Assembly (NCBI GenBank): GCA_963662275.1
Contig: OY759316.1
Span: 2,336,001-2,400,000 of the forward strand
From: Candidatus Cloacimonadales bacterium
GTDB lineage: Bacteria; Cloacimonadota; Cloacimonadia; Cloacimonadales; DAONDQ01
Length of the DNA: 64,000 bases
Direction of reading: 5' to 3'
Program-made: the position numbers and the translations under genes
The notes under the pieces: generated by a model
What the model was told of the DNA's origin: nothing
The model's database searches: none
What the model saw: only the letters and a program-made list of their open reading frames with translations
Shown: positions 62,033 to 64,000 of the stretch, one piece after another
How positions within the stretch are numbered: the first letter of the stretch is position 1
Layout of the letters: the number at the start of each line of letters is the position of its first letter

Positions 62033-62890
62033 TTACTTAAGAAGTACACTTTTAAGAATCTCATAAATAATGGGTAATATGAAATATGTTGGAATGCTAA
62101 TCATTAGTATTTTTGTCCACGAAAGCATTAACTTCATTTTTACAGTATTTCTCCCAATGCCAATTATCGTTTTCGGTTTAAAAGCTAATACCAATAATCC
62201 AATAAGTATTATCAACGGATACCAAATTACATATTTATCGTTTAAGATAATTGGTTTAGTACTATAGATACCGAAGTTTTTTCTTAATAATAGCTCTACA
62301 GCCAAGTTAATATTCTGTGATGTAATTCCACTATTTATTAACTGATTTGCTTTTATATTGATATTTTGAGCGTATGGGTTTGATGAAGAATAGATTAGAA
62401 TGAAAAAGCTATATATTCCGAAAAATATAAGTAAACTTATGGAAATTTGAAATTTCTCCCATATTTTAAGCCAATAAGATTGTGAATATTTCGCTACCCA
62501 TTTATCAATAACGTAAATTATTTCCTGTTTGCAGTTAATGTCCTTAATACCTAAACTTACTGAAATATCTTCTCCATTTTTTGATTCAATTTTTAATTCA
62601 AATTCGTTATCTGGTCTACTTCCGATATATACTGATAACTTTATTGGTTCGAAGCTTTGTAACCCTTCATCTTTGAGAATTTTTATAATCGAAGTATCTT
62701 CGTACATTCTATCATTTCTATCACTCAATCTAACTGTACATTTAAACTCATTATAGTTATTAGGTAGAAAAAATTCTTTCATTTTCCCTTCAACAGAACT
62801 TAGAGTTTTATCTAATTCTTCCATCGCTTCCGTAGTAATAAAGAAAGGGCCCCAATATACTTTTTTTGTTGAAGTAATTAATGTACTCAA
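62033..62890 (-). CDS. Hypothetical protein, soluble N-terminal domain plus 3 TM helices, very AT-rich
   Basis: GGAGG RBS and a 285-aa ORF; no recognised motif. Confidence 0.65.
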   Translation of the reverse strand: MSTLITSTKKVYWGPFFITTEAMEELDKTLSSVEGKMKEFFLPNNYNEFKCTVRLSDRNDRMYEDTSIIKILKDEGLQSFEPIKLSVYIGSRPDNEFELKIESKNGEDISVSLGIKDINCKQEIIYVIDKWVAKYSQSYWLKIWEKFQISISLLIFFGIYSFFILIYSSSNPYAQNINIKANQLINSGITSQNINLAVELLLRKNFGIYSTKPIILNDKYVIWYPLIILIGLLVLAFKPKTIIGIGRNTVKMKLMLSWTKILMISIPTYFILPIIYEILKSVLLK

Positions 62891-63026
62891 TTTAACCTCC
62901 AGATATTATCCCTTAAATTGAATAATAACATTCTCTTGTCAAGATTTTATAGTATGTACAAAATAGCTAATTAATAAATTTATCATAAAAGATTCATATT
63001 ACGAATAAAAATGCATAAATAACAAA

Positions 63027-63062
63027 GAAAGCCCACATCTGTTTTAAAAGATGTGGGCTTTG
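63027..63062 (-). terminator. Rho-independent terminator of the hydrogenase gene
   Basis: AAAGCCCACATCT..AGATGTGGGCTTT. Confidence 0.75.
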
Positions 63063-63080
63063 TATTTTTTTTAATTATAA

Positions 63081-64000
63081 TTAATGATGTTTCTTTGTTG
63101 CAGGTTCAATTACCTGACCGGAGGTCTTTGATCTCTTGAAGTAATGGGTATGCAACAATTTGTGAGACATTTCACCACAAGGTGTTCCCAAGAAATCCTT
63201 ATAAATCTTGGCGACTTCAGGATTGTGATGGGACTTACGAACTGGAAGCCCTCTGTCTTCATCATAAAGACCTTGTCCCTTACGTGCGCGACGTGCCATA
63301 TCATTGCCATAAGGCTGACCGCCACCACCGACACAGCCACCGGGACATGCCATGATTTCGATGAAGTTCCATTTGGATTTACCAGTTGTAGCAAGTTGTT
63401 CACGAACCATATCCATCAATTTACGTGCATTGCCCAATCCATGAGCAACAGCAACACTGACAACGACACCATCAATATTTACTTCAGCTTCCTTGATGCC
63501 TTCAAAACCACGTACAGCTTTGATATCAACATCTTCCAGCTCTTTTCCTGTGACGAGGGTATAGGCAGAACGAATTGCAGCTTCCATGACACCGCCTGTC
63601 ACACCAAAGATGGTTCCGGCACCTGTATAGTAGCTCATCAATCCATCTGGATCTTGGGGTTGCACATGTTTGAAATCGATTCCAGCTTCCTTGATCATGC
63701 GGATGAATTCACGGGTTGTTAGAACATTATCAACATCCTGGTAACCCGAATCGCGCATTTCAGGACGACGTGCCTCAAATTTCTTTGCTGTACAAGGCAT
63801 AATTGCGACGCTAACTATATTAGCTGGATCAATGCCCTTTTCTTTTGCGTAGTATGTCTTAGCTAAAACACCAAACATAGACATTGGTGATTTTGCTGTA
63901 GAAATACAATCAGCTAAGTCAGGATAGTAAGTTTCCATGAACTTGATCCAACCTGGTGAACATGAAGTGATCAAAGGTTTTGGACTTCCGGCTTTAATCA
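63081..64000 (-). CDS. [FeFe]-hydrogenase catalytic subunit, C-terminal H-cluster part (5' end outside window)
   Basis: H-cluster motifs TSCSPGW, MPCTAKKFE and EIMACPGGCVGGGGQP, plus a small-subunit-like tail (SHHNP..LLHTHY). Confidence 0.95.
   Translation of the reverse strand, partial: IKAGSPKPLITSCSPGWIKFMETYYPDLADCISTAKSPMSMFGVLAKTYYAKEKGIDPANIVSVAIMPCTAKKFEARRPEMRDSGYQDVDNVLTTREFIRMIKEAGIDFKHVQPQDPDGLMSYYTGAGTIFGVTGGVMEAAIRSAYTLVTGKELEDVDIKAVRGFEGIKEAEVNIDGVVVSVAVAHGLGNARKLMDMVREQLATTGKSKWNFIEIMACPGGCVGGGGQPYGNDMARRARKGQGLYDEDRGLPVRKSHHNPEVAKIYKDFLGTPCGEMSHKLLHTHYFKRSKTSGQVIEPATKKHH

Noticed and set aside
158..63722. Numerous short antisense or overlapping ORFs in the track (e.g. 63144-63722, 59599-60015, 33021-33242, 40645-40863)
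   Set aside because: They are shadows of well-supported genes or of palindromic repeats, with no motifs or RBS.

Overview
AT-rich bacterial window. Eight secreted proteins carry FlgD-Ig/T9SS type-A-like C-termini and there is an [FeFe]-hydrogenase, which suggests an anaerobic FCB-group organism such as Cloacimonadota (inference). After a housekeeping operon (7TM-HD, ybeY, CNNM/CorC, DUF3108, vanZ, degenerate hisS-like, ridA, pduO, gpmA) lies a nested mobile-DNA hotspot at 11.65-20.8 kb. A REP-associated HUH/Y1 tyrosine transposase (RAYT) sits inside a ~19-unit tandem array of modular 110/144-bp GTRG-hairpin repeats. The array is invaded by (i) a 1861-bp IS256/Mutator-like IS, with a second copy at 18.9-20.8 kb and a different 8-bp TSD at each copy, and (ii) a 1742-bp IS110-family element. 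The 3' non-coding end of the IS110 folds into a two-loop bridge/seekRNA-like structure whose guide segments match the element's own end junction and, less perfectly, the array target. The rest of the window holds a class IIC group II intron inserted after a terminator, a PHP-ATPase plus AlbA-domain candidate defence pair, a dispersed covarying REP family, four 11-bp-phased inverted repeat arrays, peptidases, queC and the 3' part of an [FeFe]-hydrogenase. No CRISPR array, rRNA or tRNA was found. All calls are by eye, without database searches.
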